64,000 nucleotides of DNA from a virus. The stretch covers positions 1 through 64,000 of the IMG/VR virus record IMGVR_UViG_3300006947_000007. One strand, written 5' to 3'. Shown in pieces: positions 1-9,864 of this stretch. The notes under the pieces are model-generated. The model searched no databases and was not told the origin of the DNA. It saw only the letters and a program-made list of their open reading frames with translations. A program made the position numbers and the translations under genes. How positions within the stretch are numbered: position 1 is the first letter of the stretch; the number at the start of each line of letters is the position of its first letter.

Positions 1-33
1 AAACTAGCAAATGAGCTGTTATCTTTGGTCATC

Positions 34-579
34 TTATGCTCCCTTGTTTTCGTTAGCTCTTCTTAAAGCACCTGCTACTTTAGGATGATCTGCTAAACCT
101 GGTTTAATTTTATTAATTTTGTTAGAGGCACCTGTGTGGTTGCCACCTTTAAATTCAGGATGATTAGCAATAGCTATTGCTTTCCTAATATCATCGTCTG
201 AATGTTCACTTTTTAATTCATTAACACTTTCAGTAGCACCTAATTCGCCATTATCATCAATTGACATATCAGTTGGTGCTGGTGTAGGTATACCCATATC
301 TGGTGTAGGTTCAAATCCAGTATCGTCGTTCACTTCAGCTTGTTCAAATTCTAAGTGATGTTTTACACTAGAAATATAGTCTGCGGCTTTAGTAATTTTA
401 GCCTGTACCCACCCTTCAAGACCTTCTGCTTCTGATACGTTTTTAAGTATTTTGTGTAACTCTACGGAGTACTTTGCTAATTTGAATAAATCTGCCCTAG
501 CCATTTGTACCTCGTGGTCTGTTTCCATAACGCGAGTGTCGTTGGACAAATCTTCTCTTATTATCTGTTTAGCTCTCAT
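34..579 (-). CDS. Putative internal head protein (conserved jumbo-phage hypothetical)
   Basis: N-terminus MRAKQIIRE resembles T4-type capsid-targeting/prohead-protease (I/L/V)-x-E signals; TAAATA late box at 610-615. Confidence 0.5.
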   Translation of the reverse strand: MRAKQIIREDLSNDTRVMETDHEVQMARADLFKLAKYSVELHKILKNVSEAEGLEGWVQAKITKAADYISSVKHHLEFEQAEVNDDTGFEPTPDMGIPTPAPTDMSIDDNGELGATESVNELKSEHSDDDIRKAIAIANHPEFKGGNHTGASNKINKIKPGLADHPKVAGALRRANENKGA

Positions 580-628
580 TGTTTAACCCCGAATATTAGT
601 TGTTTAAGTTATTTATTGTTTATTATAA

Positions 629-871
629 TTATCTAGTTACGACAGGACCACCAAATAAGCTGGTGCCTTTCATGTTTAAAGCATTGTCTGTAGGTTTTTG
701 TTTCTTAGGTTTAGGATGCTTAGGTGCTTTACCCATCTTACCAGGAGAACCAGCATAGTTCTTTTGCTGTTTCTTATTACCTATAGCAATGTGAGGATTT
801 ACAACTGCGGCTATATTACCCGACGATGTTGCTCCTGCTGTTGCTGTTTCTGTAATATCTTTTATTTTCAT
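629..871 (-). CDS. Small basic putative internal head protein
   Basis: MKIKDITE N-terminus then ATAGATSSG; Lys-rich; TAAGTA 8 nt upstream of ATG. Confidence 0.5.
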   Translation of the reverse strand: MKIKDITETATAGATSSGNIAAVVNPHIAIGNKKQQKNYAGSPGKMGKAPKHPKPKKQKPTDNALNMKGTSLFGGPVVTR

Positions 872-894
872 AGTATTATTACTTATCTGTTTAA

Positions 895-1119
895 TTAAAA
901 ATTAAATCGTTTTAATAATCGATGACTTATTAATCGATCATTTCTTCTACTTGCTTTTTTTAACTTTATTGCCCTAGCTCGTATTATTTTTAACTCTGTT
1001 TTACTTAAATCAGGTCTCGTAGTAAAACCTAAATAGCGTAGTGCCCTATATTTAAAGTTACCTTTCTTTTTGAAGTTGTTGATTGATGCTGGTTCATTTG
1101 TTACTGCCTCGTTTTTCAT
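895..1119 (-). CDS. Small very basic hypothetical protein
   Basis: 74 aa, K/R-rich, overlaps 3' end of upstream gene; GGAG upstream of ATG. Confidence 0.5.
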   Translation of the reverse strand: MKNEAVTNEPASINNFKKKGNFKYRALRYLGFTTRPDLSKTELKIIRARAIKLKKASRRNDRLISHRLLKRFNF

Positions 1120-3160
1120 TTTTCCAACTCCTCATTAATAGCCCTGGCATACCTTCGCCTTTGCCATTTGTTTTTAATTGTAACCCAAGTTTATTAGCCT
1201 GTCTTATTGTTTCACCAGGCTTAACATCCTTAGTAGTATTATATGGTGTTATGATTCCGACACCTTCGTCAAATATCATATCTTTCATACGGTTAGTAAC
1301 AAATAATTTAGACTCTGTAGTAATAGCATTTAATAGATCATCTGCTGATATATTGTAGTCGTGTTGTTTCCACAAATCTTTTAATTTATTTAACGTAGCA
1401 CCTAAGTTAGGTCCCGGTGTCATACCATGTTGAATAAGGTCTTTTCCTGTAATAGGAAACTCTGGCATTTTGAACTGTTCTATGTAATTTGCTAGTTCAG
1501 TTTGATTTTGTATCTTTGCTAAGTTACTAACTTTTGTTTTATCTTTGCCGTCAATAATTAAATGTTCTGCTTGTTCTTTGTTTAATTTTTTATTTCTATA
1601 AGACAGATAAAAATCTAGATCTTGTGCTTCGGCATTACTTAATCGCCATTTTTTAGCAACTGAAGAATCGTCTACTAATATTGCTAATGCTATAACAGGA
1701 TCTGTATTACCTTTTAAATCATTTAGCATTTGTATTTTGCTAGTATCTAAACCAATTACTTCATCAACGCTTGTAGCTGACATGTAAGACAATGTTTGAA
1801 TTACACTATGTCCTACAAGTAGTTTGGCCATTTCTTGCCATATTCTTTCTACAGAAACTTGTGATAATCCTTTAGCGTTATCTTTTATAGCATTTAATGT
1901 TTCTTGGTCCCAACTAGGACTTTCTAATTTACTTTGAAATCTAAAGTATCTTAATATTCTGAGGTAGTCTTCTTTAATACGTTCCACAGGATCGCCTACA
2001 AATTTACTAACTCTATCTTGTAAGTCGTCCATGCCGTTAAAGTAATCATACAAATTGCCATCGAAGTCTACACTCATAGCATTGTATGTTAAGTCTCTAC
2101 GTTGAGCATCTTCTTCCCAGTTACGAATAAATTCTACATCAGCATGTCTACCATCAGTACTAACATCTGCTCTTAGTGTTGTAATTTCATAGCCTTCACC
2201 ATCAATAATTGCTGTAAGAGTTCCGTGTTCTAATCCTGTCGGCTTATGTTTGATATTTGCTTTATCAAACATAGCAATCATTTCGTCTGGAGTAGCATCA
2301 GTTGCCAGGTCGATATCCTTAGGTAATTTGCCTAAAGCAATATCTCTAACAGCGCCTCCTACTATTCGTATCTCAAATTTATTATTTTTAAATACGCTGT
2401 CTAATTTTTCTAATGCTGGATTTAGGATCTCATTAAATGCGGTAGTGTCTAAGTCTTCATTTTCATATACTTTTCTTACTTTATGTTTGTAGTGCATATT
2501 AGAACTGTTATATCCCATTTTGACTTTAGGATACGATAATTTACCTGGAGTAGATTTTTTAATTTTTAATGGACGACGAAACCCTCCGTATGTCAGTCCA
2601 CTAACACTCATTACTCCTCGCTCTGTTAAGTATTTTTCTTTATACTCTTGTAGTCCTTTTACTACTACACTTAATGAATCTTCGTCTGCTTGATACTTAA
2701 TACCATGCCCGCCTGCTTTGTTCCAGTTTTCAATGTTTAATCCCCTATCATCAATTAATATGTTAGGAATGCCGTTTGAGACAGCGTATCCTTGCTTATT
2801 AGCAACGATTATCGAATTAACTGGTCGAGGGTTAAGATGTTTATTAATCCAAGAAAGTTTGTGTTTTTTGCTGTTGTTGTGATCATTTCTCAATGGGGAT
2901 GACAATATAGAGTACTTGCCAAACTGTTCTATCACAAGTTTTATAAGTTGATCTGTTGTAGGAAATTTAGGAAGTCTAGCAAAGAAGTCTGTGTCGATCA
3001 TCATGTTTAACGTAGGATCTACTTTAGCTGGAGGAATATCTCTATAACTTCCCGACTTAATTCCTGCTAATTTGGCCCATTCAGCAAAGAAGTCAGCAAG
3101 TACGCCGTCCATATCCACGTATACAATTGGTTCTTGTTTCTCTACTTCACCGAGTTTCAT
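1094..3160 (-). CDS. cca: Fusion: HAD 5'(3')-deoxyribonucleotidase-like domain + class II CCA-adding tRNA nucleotidyltransferase
   Basis: N-term VYVDMDGVLADF and LIDDR (HAD motifs I/IV); then VGGAVRD, DIDLAT, EITTLR, RRDLTYNAM, EDYLRILR (CCA/poly(A) polymerase head motifs). Confidence 0.9.
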   Translation of the reverse strand: MKLGEVEKQEPIVYVDMDGVLADFFAEWAKLAGIKSGSYRDIPPAKVDPTLNMMIDTDFFARLPKFPTTDQLIKLVIEQFGKYSILSSPLRNDHNNSKKHKLSWINKHLNPRPVNSIIVANKQGYAVSNGIPNILIDDRGLNIENWNKAGGHGIKYQADEDSLSVVVKGLQEYKEKYLTERGVMSVSGLTYGGFRRPLKIKKSTPGKLSYPKVKMGYNSSNMHYKHKVRKVYENEDLDTTAFNEILNPALEKLDSVFKNNKFEIRIVGGAVRDIALGKLPKDIDLATDATPDEMIAMFDKANIKHKPTGLEHGTLTAIIDGEGYEITTLRADVSTDGRHADVEFIRNWEEDAQRRDLTYNAMSVDFDGNLYDYFNGMDDLQDRVSKFVGDPVERIKEDYLRILRYFRFQSKLESPSWDQETLNAIKDNAKGLSQVSVERIWQEMAKLLVGHSVIQTLSYMSATSVDEVIGLDTSKIQMLNDLKGNTDPVIALAILVDDSSVAKKWRLSNAEAQDLDFYLSYRNKKLNKEQAEHLIIDGKDKTKVSNLAKIQNQTELANYIEQFKMPEFPITGKDLIQHGMTPGPNLGATLNKLKDLWKQHDYNISADDLLNAITTESKLFVTNRMKDMIFDEGVGIITPYNTTKDVKPGETIRQANKLGLQLKTNGKGEGMPGLLMRSWKNEKRGSNK

Positions 3161-3169
3161 TTTCTTTCC

Positions 3170-4525
3170 TTATGCAGTATCGAAGTTTATGTTTTCAAAT
3201 TGATATGTAGATTCTGCTTTAACCCTTTTTAATAGTGTCATTATTTTTTGTGTTTCTGCTGGGTCCTTAGCAATTAATTCCTTAAAAGCATCAGCGGCCG
3301 CAATCATTTGATTACGTGAATATTTCTCATCACCTCGTTTCATTTTCATTAGTACTTGTAGTAATTGCTGTTTGTCTTTTACACCTGGGAGTTGTTTAGC
3401 AATCATTTGTGGACTAACGCCACCTGATAATTTGCTAGTGACAGCACCATCGTCGCTACTTGTTTCTTCTCCATTGGGTGTTACTAATTCTTCAGATATT
3501 GGTGATTCATAATTGTCTTGATAATATTTTGATAACACTTTAGTATCAATGCCTTTAAATCCTCTACCTATGTTTTGAATATAATAACCTAAAGAATGGC
3601 GAAAGTGCCCATCATTTTCTTTTTCTTTTCTTAGTAATACATCGTGTACTCGCTGTGCGGCATTGTGATATCTTTGGTCATGTATTTTAGGATCTATTTT
3701 TCTTTTTAGCAATTCCCAATAAGAATCTTCAATAACCTTTAAGCTATTTTCTAGTTTTGTTATTCTTGGTTTAAATAGTTTCTGATCGCCTTTATTAGTT
3801 TTAAGTACTGGTTGCCCGTGTTCATCTTTAGTAATACTTTTTACTGTAGCTTTCCTATTTTTAAATCTACCAACTTTAACCTCATCACCTTTGTCAATCG
3901 TTGCCGTGTATGAGTCGCTTTCTTTAACAGACATTTCTGCTAGGCGTGTATCTAGGACCTGCTGGATAACCTCATTATATGTTCCAAATAAATCTGTAAT
4001 GAACTGCTTACGTTGATCGTCATCTAGTGTTTTGTATTGGGCTCTTAATTCTGTAGCCGAAGTTGCTGGCTTATCTAATACTGTAAAATTAACAGTAGGT
4101 ATTACAATTAAATAACCGTGTTGTTCATATCCCTTTAAGTCGTTAACTTTACTATTACCTAACGGCATAAAATAACTAGGTGTTCCGTCCTTCTTTAGTC
4201 CAGGCTTAAACCTCGGATTGTCATCCATATCTTTTTTGCCAACAGCAAAGATTACTGCTGTATCTGGGCTAACACCTGATAGTGTATTTTCGGGTCTGTA
4301 TGGTGATATCTCTTCTTTAATTGCTTTAGCTGGCACACCAGTAAGCATCATCATAACACGTTTTTCTTTAAATGTAAATGGAGAGCCTGGTCCTGTTTTA
4401 TTGCTTGTAGCAATAGATACTTTGTCCACACCAAATTTTGAGACTAAGCTATCGTAAACAGCTTTATGTCCCTTATGAAATGGGTGAAATCTTCCAGCAT
4501 ATATGATTGCAATGTTACTTGCCAT
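3170..4525 (-). CDS. HIGH-motif cytidyltransferase-like nucleotidyltransferase with extra C-terminal domains
   Basis: YAGRFHPFHKGH (HxGH) and SATELR (KMSKS-equivalent). Confidence 0.75.
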   Translation of the reverse strand: MASNIAIIYAGRFHPFHKGHKAVYDSLVSKFGVDKVSIATSNKTGPGSPFTFKEKRVMMMLTGVPAKAIKEEISPYRPENTLSGVSPDTAVIFAVGKKDMDDNPRFKPGLKKDGTPSYFMPLGNSKVNDLKGYEQHGYLIVIPTVNFTVLDKPATSATELRAQYKTLDDDQRKQFITDLFGTYNEVIQQVLDTRLAEMSVKESDSYTATIDKGDEVKVGRFKNRKATVKSITKDEHGQPVLKTNKGDQKLFKPRITKLENSLKVIEDSYWELLKRKIDPKIHDQRYHNAAQRVHDVLLRKEKENDGHFRHSLGYYIQNIGRGFKGIDTKVLSKYYQDNYESPISEELVTPNGEETSSDDGAVTSKLSGGVSPQMIAKQLPGVKDKQQLLQVLMKMKRGDEKYSRNQMIAAADAFKELIAKDPAETQKIMTLLKRVKAESTYQFENINFDTA

Positions 4526-4549
4526 TGAATTACTCCAGTTATAAAGTAT

Positions 4550-5251
4550 TTAGCTAGTTTGAAGTAACGTTATGTCACCTTGGAATGAATAATACCCTGT
4601 ATGTGATAGCCCTATGCTTGTATCAGCGTATATTTTGCCGCCTAATTCTCGCCAACGTTCACAGAATGTATAATCTTCACTTAAATAGTTACCATGTTTG
4701 TCAATGCTAGTGTCAAACAACGCATACATAAATGGTTCAGCCGCATTATCGATGTTAATGCTGTTATTATATTTTAATTTAGGAAACTTATCAAACATTG
4801 TTTGAATAACTTTACGTTTGATTAGTAAAAACCCTGTGCCTATGTCCTCAACTTCTATTAAATCACCGTCACGTGCAGAATCTGTGCTAGGGTTAAACAC
4901 ATAGTTAGGTTCAAATGTTTTCTTAGGGTATATGCCACCAACGACATCTTTATCGTGTGCTATGAGTTTAAATATTGATTCGGCATCAAAGCCAACATCG
5001 GCATCTATAAATAGTATATGAGTTATTTTAGGATTCATCATACACTTTGCTACAAGATTATTTCTTGCCCTAGTAACAAGGCTTTCGTTAGCCATTGTTT
5101 CTAAACTAAATGTCATATTGTTTCTCATACAAGCAATTGTATATGATACCATACTCACATAATGTTTTTCTGTAACCTGGCCACCATAACAAGGTGTGCA
5201 TATAGCTAGGAAACTGTTTTGAATCGTTTCTGATTGTTCATCTGAAAACAT
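4550..5251 (-). CDS. Phage glycosyltransferase-like (GT-A fold) protein
   Basis: CTPCYGG, SLVTRARN, ILFIDAD (DxD), GTGFLLIKR, LSEDYTFC. Confidence 0.7.
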   Translation of the reverse strand: MFSDEQSETIQNSFLAICTPCYGGQVTEKHYVSMVSYTIACMRNNMTFSLETMANESLVTRARNNLVAKCMMNPKITHILFIDADVGFDAESIFKLIAHDKDVVGGIYPKKTFEPNYVFNPSTDSARDGDLIEVEDIGTGFLLIKRKVIQTMFDKFPKLKYNNSINIDNAAEPFMYALFDTSIDKHGNYLSEDYTFCERWRELGGKIYADTSIGLSHTGYYSFQGDITLLQTS

Positions 5252-5262
5252 AAATTACCTAC

Positions 5263-5610
5263 TTAAATTGAAAAAGAAGAGCCACACCCGCATGTTGTTT
5301 TAGCATTCGGATTGGTCACGTTAAATCGTGAACCTTGTAGATCTTCTATATAGTCTATTGTTATTCCTTCTAAATACTGATAGCTCATTGGATCAATACG
5401 TAATTGAACACCATTCTTTGTTACAGTAGAATCTCCTTCTATTAGTTTCTCATCTAATACAAAACCATACGAGAAACCCGAACATCCGCCGCCTGAGATA
5501 TAAACACGAAGATTCTGATCACCTTCTTTCATATCTGCTACACGTAATGATGCAGCATCGGTAAATCCAATGTTTGCTGTATCGATATCGTGCGAAAGTA
5601 TATTATCCAT
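5263..5610 (-). CDS. erpA: A-type Fe-S cluster carrier ErpA
   Basis: [41 protein letters not shown]. Confidence 0.92.
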   Translation of the reverse strand: MDNILSHDIDTANIGFTDAASLRVADMKEGDQNLRVYISGGGCSGFSYGFVLDEKLIEGDSTVTKNGVQLRIDPMSYQYLEGITIDYIEDLQGSRFNVTNPNAKTTCGCGSSFSI

Positions 5611-5634
5611 ATTTATTTACTCAAGTGTATATAC

Positions 5635-5883
5635 CTAAATTGAAATTTCTAATTCGTGATCTGGTATAGTTTTTGATAGTACTTTGGAGAGCCTGTTAGC
5701 TTCTTCTTCTGTAAACGCTACATTAAATTTACAACCTAATGAACTTTCTAATACATCAATGTGCCAGTCGTCTGTGCTTTCAGTAAGGCCTTTGCCTAAC
5801 ACCATAGCGATAGCGCCAGCAAATATTCTTTGCTCGTGTATTGTAGGTTCGTGACCTAAATCTAGTTTGATCCAATTTTCCAT
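5635..5883 (-). CDS. Hypothetical protein
   Basis: ORF translationally coupled (TAATG) to upstream gene. Confidence 0.6.
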   Translation of the reverse strand: MENWIKLDLGHEPTIHEQRIFAGAIAMVLGKGLTESTDDWHIDVLESSLGCKFNVAFTEEEANRLSKVLSKTIPDHELEISI

Positions 5884-6275
5884 TAGTAATTAAACCTCAA
5901 TTTGCTAATTGTTCCTGCTGTGAAGTCAGTAACACTAGCTCTAATGTTAACAAAGTTTCCAGTACAGTTAAACGCCAAGTGTGATGTGTTTGTTGTGTAG
6001 GTCTGAAGTGTTCCGGATGCTGTACCTGCAGGATCACTTAATGTAACATCAAACCAGTCAGCACTAGTAGGTGTTTCTACTAAACTTGCTTGTATTGTAA
6101 TTTTACCAGTAAATGCTATTAACTGCCAACTGACTGTATGTAAGCCGTCTGCGTAGCCGTAATAGCCATCTCCCTTTGCTGGATCGCTTTGAAATGCTAC
6201 AGAGCTACCGTCATAGTTTCCTGTAGAGGTACCGTGTGTTGTTGTCGCTATAAGTGTTGTTGCTGTTGCTGGCAT
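5883..6275 (-). CDS. Hypothetical beta-rich protein, probably structural
   Basis: T/G/S-rich; AAGG SD; late box at 6299-6304. Confidence 0.55.
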   Translation of the reverse strand: MPATATTLIATTTHGTSTGNYDGSSVAFQSDPAKGDGYYGYADGLHTVSWQLIAFTGKITIQASLVETPTSADWFDVTLSDPAGTASGTLQTYTTNTSHLAFNCTGNFVNIRASVTDFTAGTISKLRFNY

Positions 6276-6328
6276 ATTATTTTTTCCTTTTACGAATGTA
6301 TTTATTTAATATCGTGTGCTTTAGTCAA

Positions 6329-7153
6329 TCAGTCTGGAGTTGTACTGTCTACTTTCTTTACATATTTTATAACTCTCGAAATTGAATTGCCAAGAACCAA
6401 GTCTACTAACGTTAAGTTGTGGTCGTCTTCAACATAAATCCAATCACCAAATGGTATACCGTAATTCCTATGTGCCAATGTACTCATGTCTGCTAATCGC
6501 CTATCAGTTACTTTAATAGTTTCTTGTGTGTTCAGGTCATTGATTATGTTAATTATAGATTCATTTTTCCTACACTTATCTTTAAGTATAACACGATACT
6601 TGTATTTCTCAAGTGGGAAATTATCACATTCTATTTCATTTGATTTAATTTTAGGGTTTACTAAATTAATTTCATGAATTAACTGATCTACCTCCTGTAA
6701 CAAAGAAAATATATTATGGTCGTTTGTGTAGAAGTCTACAATATTTCCTTCAATTCTAAGTTTAGGTTTTTCGCCTAACGTGTCGTACATCCATTGGATT
6801 AACTTATACGTGTCTTCGTACTCCTTATTCCATATGCTGTTTTTAGTTGTAGGTCTACTAAATGAGTTATTTAAATACGATTTTAATATACTCCTATCTT
6901 CGGGGAGTAAATTTGTTATCCATTGTTTGTATGGCATTGTATTAGCACCACTAAATTTAGCACGTCTTGAATAAAGCCAACGCCAATGATAAAGTGGACA
7001 AAACCGTATACGGATGTGAAACTTGCTATAGAACTGCTGGTCAGATATCCTAACTATAGAATAAAATTTATTTAAGTTCGGGTTTAAACTGGTCCAATAC
7101 AATGAGACCGGATTTGTCGACGCCTGTTGTAGATTCAGCTGGTAGCTCTTCAT
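6329..7153 (-). CDS. Hypothetical protein overlapping clpA 3' end by 86 nt
   Basis: GGAGG 5 nt upstream of ATG at 7153; open frame of 274 aa. Confidence 0.6.
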   Translation of the reverse strand: MKSYQLNLQQASTNPVSLYWTSLNPNLNKFYSIVRISDQQFYSKFHIRIRFCPLYHWRWLYSRRAKFSGANTMPYKQWITNLLPEDRSILKSYLNNSFSRPTTKNSIWNKEYEDTYKLIQWMYDTLGEKPKLRIEGNIVDFYTNDHNIFSLLQEVDQLIHEINLVNPKIKSNEIECDNFPLEKYKYRVILKDKCRKNESIINIINDLNTQETIKVTDRRLADMSTLAHRNYGIPFGDWIYVEDDHNLTLVDLVLGNSISRVIKYVKKVDSTTPD

Positions 7154-9380
7154 CTAACCCTCCTGTAGTAACTATAATTGTAAATAGATCATCTATATAA
7201 TCGATTCTCATTAATGAGCCTTCGGTTATTGTTTCGAATAAAATTTTCTTAGATAATGGGATTTTAATCTTATCTTCAATTACCCGTGCTAGTGGTCTAG
7301 CACCCATTTTCTTATCATATCCTAGCTCGGCTAACTGAGCGACAGCCTTCTCCATAAACTCAATTTTGATTCCTTTTTCTGCTAACAAGTCATTAATCTC
7401 TTCTTTAAATTTACCAACAATTTTCCTTACTACTTCAGTTGATAAATGGTTAAACTTACAAATGCCATCTAGTCTATTACGGAACTCTGGCTTAAAGAAG
7501 TTTTTAACTGCTTTGTCTTCTTCACCTGTTTTCTCTAATGTATTACTAAACCCTATGTTGTTCATTTCATTATCCATTGCTCCTAAATTCGATGTCATTA
7601 AGATAACTGTATTTCTAGCATCAGCTTTTTTACCATTGGTGCTTGTGATAAATCCTTCATCCATAAGTTGTAGTAACACATTGCTAACATCAGGGTGTGC
7701 TTTTTCTATCTCATCAAATAATATAACAGCATGTGGATTCTTTTCAATTTGACTTACTAGCAATCCACCCCCTAGGTTGCCGTCTTCGTATCCTACGTAA
7801 CCAGGAGGAGCACCAATCAGTCTTGCTATTGTGTGCTTCTCTTGATATTCTGACATATCAAATCTTAATAGCTTTGCTTGACTGTGTTCTGCTAATAGTT
7901 TAGCAAATTCTGTTTTGCCAGATCCTGTAGGACCTAGTAGTAAAAATGTTCCAATTGGTTTGTTAATACTTTTTAGTCCTGCTTTGCTTACCATAATTTT
8001 ATTAACTACAGTATCAATGACTTGATCTTGTCCAAATAGACTTGCTTTAATTTGATCATCTATGTCTGCCAAACTCTTTGTAACTTCAGAGTTTAATTGC
8101 TCTAATGGTATCTTAGTTGCTTTAGATAATTCGTCTATGATATTAGATTTACGAATTTTAAAGTTTTCGTATCCTAAGAAACGTTGCCTAGCACAGGCAC
8201 TATCGATTAAATCAATTGCCTTATCTGGTAGTTTCTTATCTGGTTGGTGTCTGACGCTAAGGTCAACAGCGGCTTCAATTGCCTCTGGAAATATTTTTGC
8301 TTTATGAAAATCCATAAAATACTTGTTAAGACCAGTAAGTATTTCTTTCGATACTTCTGGTGTGGGCTCTTCAACTGTTAGTCTATAAAATCTTCGCATA
8401 AATGCTCTGTCTTTTTCAAAGCTCTGCGTATAATCTTCCCATGTGGTAGTAGCTATTATTTTAACTTCTCCTTTAGCTAATGCTGGTTTCAGCATTTGCA
8501 TAAAATCTGGTCCACTGTTTCCCCCGGCGCCGGCACCCTTCATTTGATGTGCTTCATCAATGAAGATTATAGTGCCCGGTATTAGTTTTGCCGCGGCTAT
8601 AATATCTTTCAATCTTTCTTCAAACTCGCCTCTGTATTTGGTTCCAGCAATTAATCCGCCAACATCGAGATTGTGTATTTTACAATCTCGTAAATACTTT
8701 GGAACATTACCTGATATAATCCTGTTAGCTAACCCTTCAGCAATAGCAGTTTTGCCTACTCCGGGATCACCAATTAACAGTACGTTTGATTTGTTTCTTT
8801 TTGCTAATACTTGGCATATTTCTTCTATCTCAGATTCTCTACCGATAACAGGATCAATTTTGCTATTCTCAGCCTCTACATTTAAGTTAACTGTAAATTC
8901 ATCTAACGTTTCTTGAGCCATGCTTATATGTAGCTCTGTTTCGTCTTCGCCTGTATATGTCTTATTAAAAAATAATGTTAGGGCATCCTTGTCAACTCCA
9001 AACTTTTTAAAATAGTAGTAAGCATGACTACGTTGTTCAGCCATAATGCTCTGGAACAAGTCTATTGTTTGTAAATGCTGTCTACCACTAAACAATACTT
9101 GAGTAAATGCTCGATTACATACCCTATCTAATCCTTGTGTCTTTTGAACTTCAACAGGTGTTGCAGAAGCAATAGGTAATTGCTCAACGTAACCTCTAAG
9201 TTCTAAAGCAAGTTGTTCTTGATCACAACCATATTCTTCTAACATGATTTTAAAGTTTTTATAATTAACTAATGCTAATGTCAAGTGTTCAATAGTGACA
9301 TATGTGTGGTTCAGTGAATCCGCAAATTCATATGCTTTGCTTAAAATTAAATCCATTTCCGGGTTGTGCTTTATTGCCAT
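7068..9380 (-). CDS. clpA: ClpA-type double AAA+ chaperone/unfoldase
   Basis: Clp N domain, Walker A GDPGVGKT and GPTGSGKT, GTKYRGEFEERL, LPDKAIDLID, GAPPGYVGY, IGF ClpP-docking loop, MGARPL. Confidence 0.93.
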   Translation of the reverse strand: MAIKHNPEMDLILSKAYEFADSLNHTYVTIEHLTLALVNYKNFKIMLEEYGCDQEQLALELRGYVEQLPIASATPVEVQKTQGLDRVCNRAFTQVLFSGRQHLQTIDLFQSIMAEQRSHAYYYFKKFGVDKDALTLFFNKTYTGEDETELHISMAQETLDEFTVNLNVEAENSKIDPVIGRESEIEEICQVLAKRNKSNVLLIGDPGVGKTAIAEGLANRIISGNVPKYLRDCKIHNLDVGGLIAGTKYRGEFEERLKDIIAAAKLIPGTIIFIDEAHQMKGAGAGGNSGPDFMQMLKPALAKGEVKIIATTTWEDYTQSFEKDRAFMRRFYRLTVEEPTPEVSKEILTGLNKYFMDFHKAKIFPEAIEAAVDLSVRHQPDKKLPDKAIDLIDSACARQRFLGYENFKIRKSNIIDELSKATKIPLEQLNSEVTKSLADIDDQIKASLFGQDQVIDTVVNKIMVSKAGLKSINKPIGTFLLLGPTGSGKTEFAKLLAEHSQAKLLRFDMSEYQEKHTIARLIGAPPGYVGYEDGNLGGGLLVSQIEKNPHAVILFDEIEKAHPDVSNVLLQLMDEGFITSTNGKKADARNTVILMTSNLGAMDNEMNNIGFSNTLEKTGEEDKAVKNFFKPEFRNRLDGICKFNHLSTEVVRKIVGKFKEEINDLLAEKGIKIEFMEKAVAQLAELGYDKKMGARPLARVIEDKIKIPLSKKILFETITEGSLMRIDYIDDLFTIIVTTGGLDEELPAESTTGVDKSGLIVLDQFKPELK

Positions 9381-9389
9381 ATTATATTC

Positions 9390-9863
9390 CTAACTGTATT
9401 GTATTTCATTATTAAATCGTTGATTCATTGTTATTCCTTGACAATGATCATATTCGTGTAACCAACATCTTGCTTCTAAGTTTGTAAAATCTGCCGAGTA
9501 ATAGTTTCCTGCATAGTCTTGATATTTAACACTACAGTTTGTCGGCCGTTTAATCATCTTCGGTTCGCCTGGAAAACTCAAGCAACCTTCCTCTTCTGTT
9601 CTAAACGAAGCGAGTTGCCACGGAGCTTCGGTGTGTACTAGTTCAGGATTAATACAAGTAAGCATTGTACCGTCTAATCTTTTCATAATAAACATTTGTA
9701 TATTTACTCCACATTGGTTAGCCGCTAATCCTCGTCCACCGTTTTCAATCATAATAGCAATAAGTTCTAAATTGTATTTTTGATACAACTTTTTGCTTTT
9801 TTCTTTATCAGTCCAAGTAAGTTTTTTGCCTACCTTGTGTAGATATGTTGGATCTAATCTCAT
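9390..9863 (-). CDS. def: Peptide deformylase
   Basis: GRGLAANQ, EGCLS, HEYDH motifs. Confidence 0.92.
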   Translation of the reverse strand: MRLDPTYLHKVGKKLTWTDKEKSKKLYQKYNLELIAIMIENGGRGLAANQCGVNIQMFIMKRLDGTMLTCINPELVHTEAPWQLASFRTEEEGCLSFPGEPKMIKRPTNCSVKYQDYAGNYYSADFTNLEARCWLHEYDHCQGITMNQRFNNEIQYS

Positions 9864-9864
9864 T

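Noticed and set aside
6189-6437. Cys-rich plus-strand ORFs (also 698-898) as radical SAM RiPP precursors
   Set aside because: They are antisense shadows of Ala/Thr codons (GCA/ACA) in real minus-strand genes and have no SD
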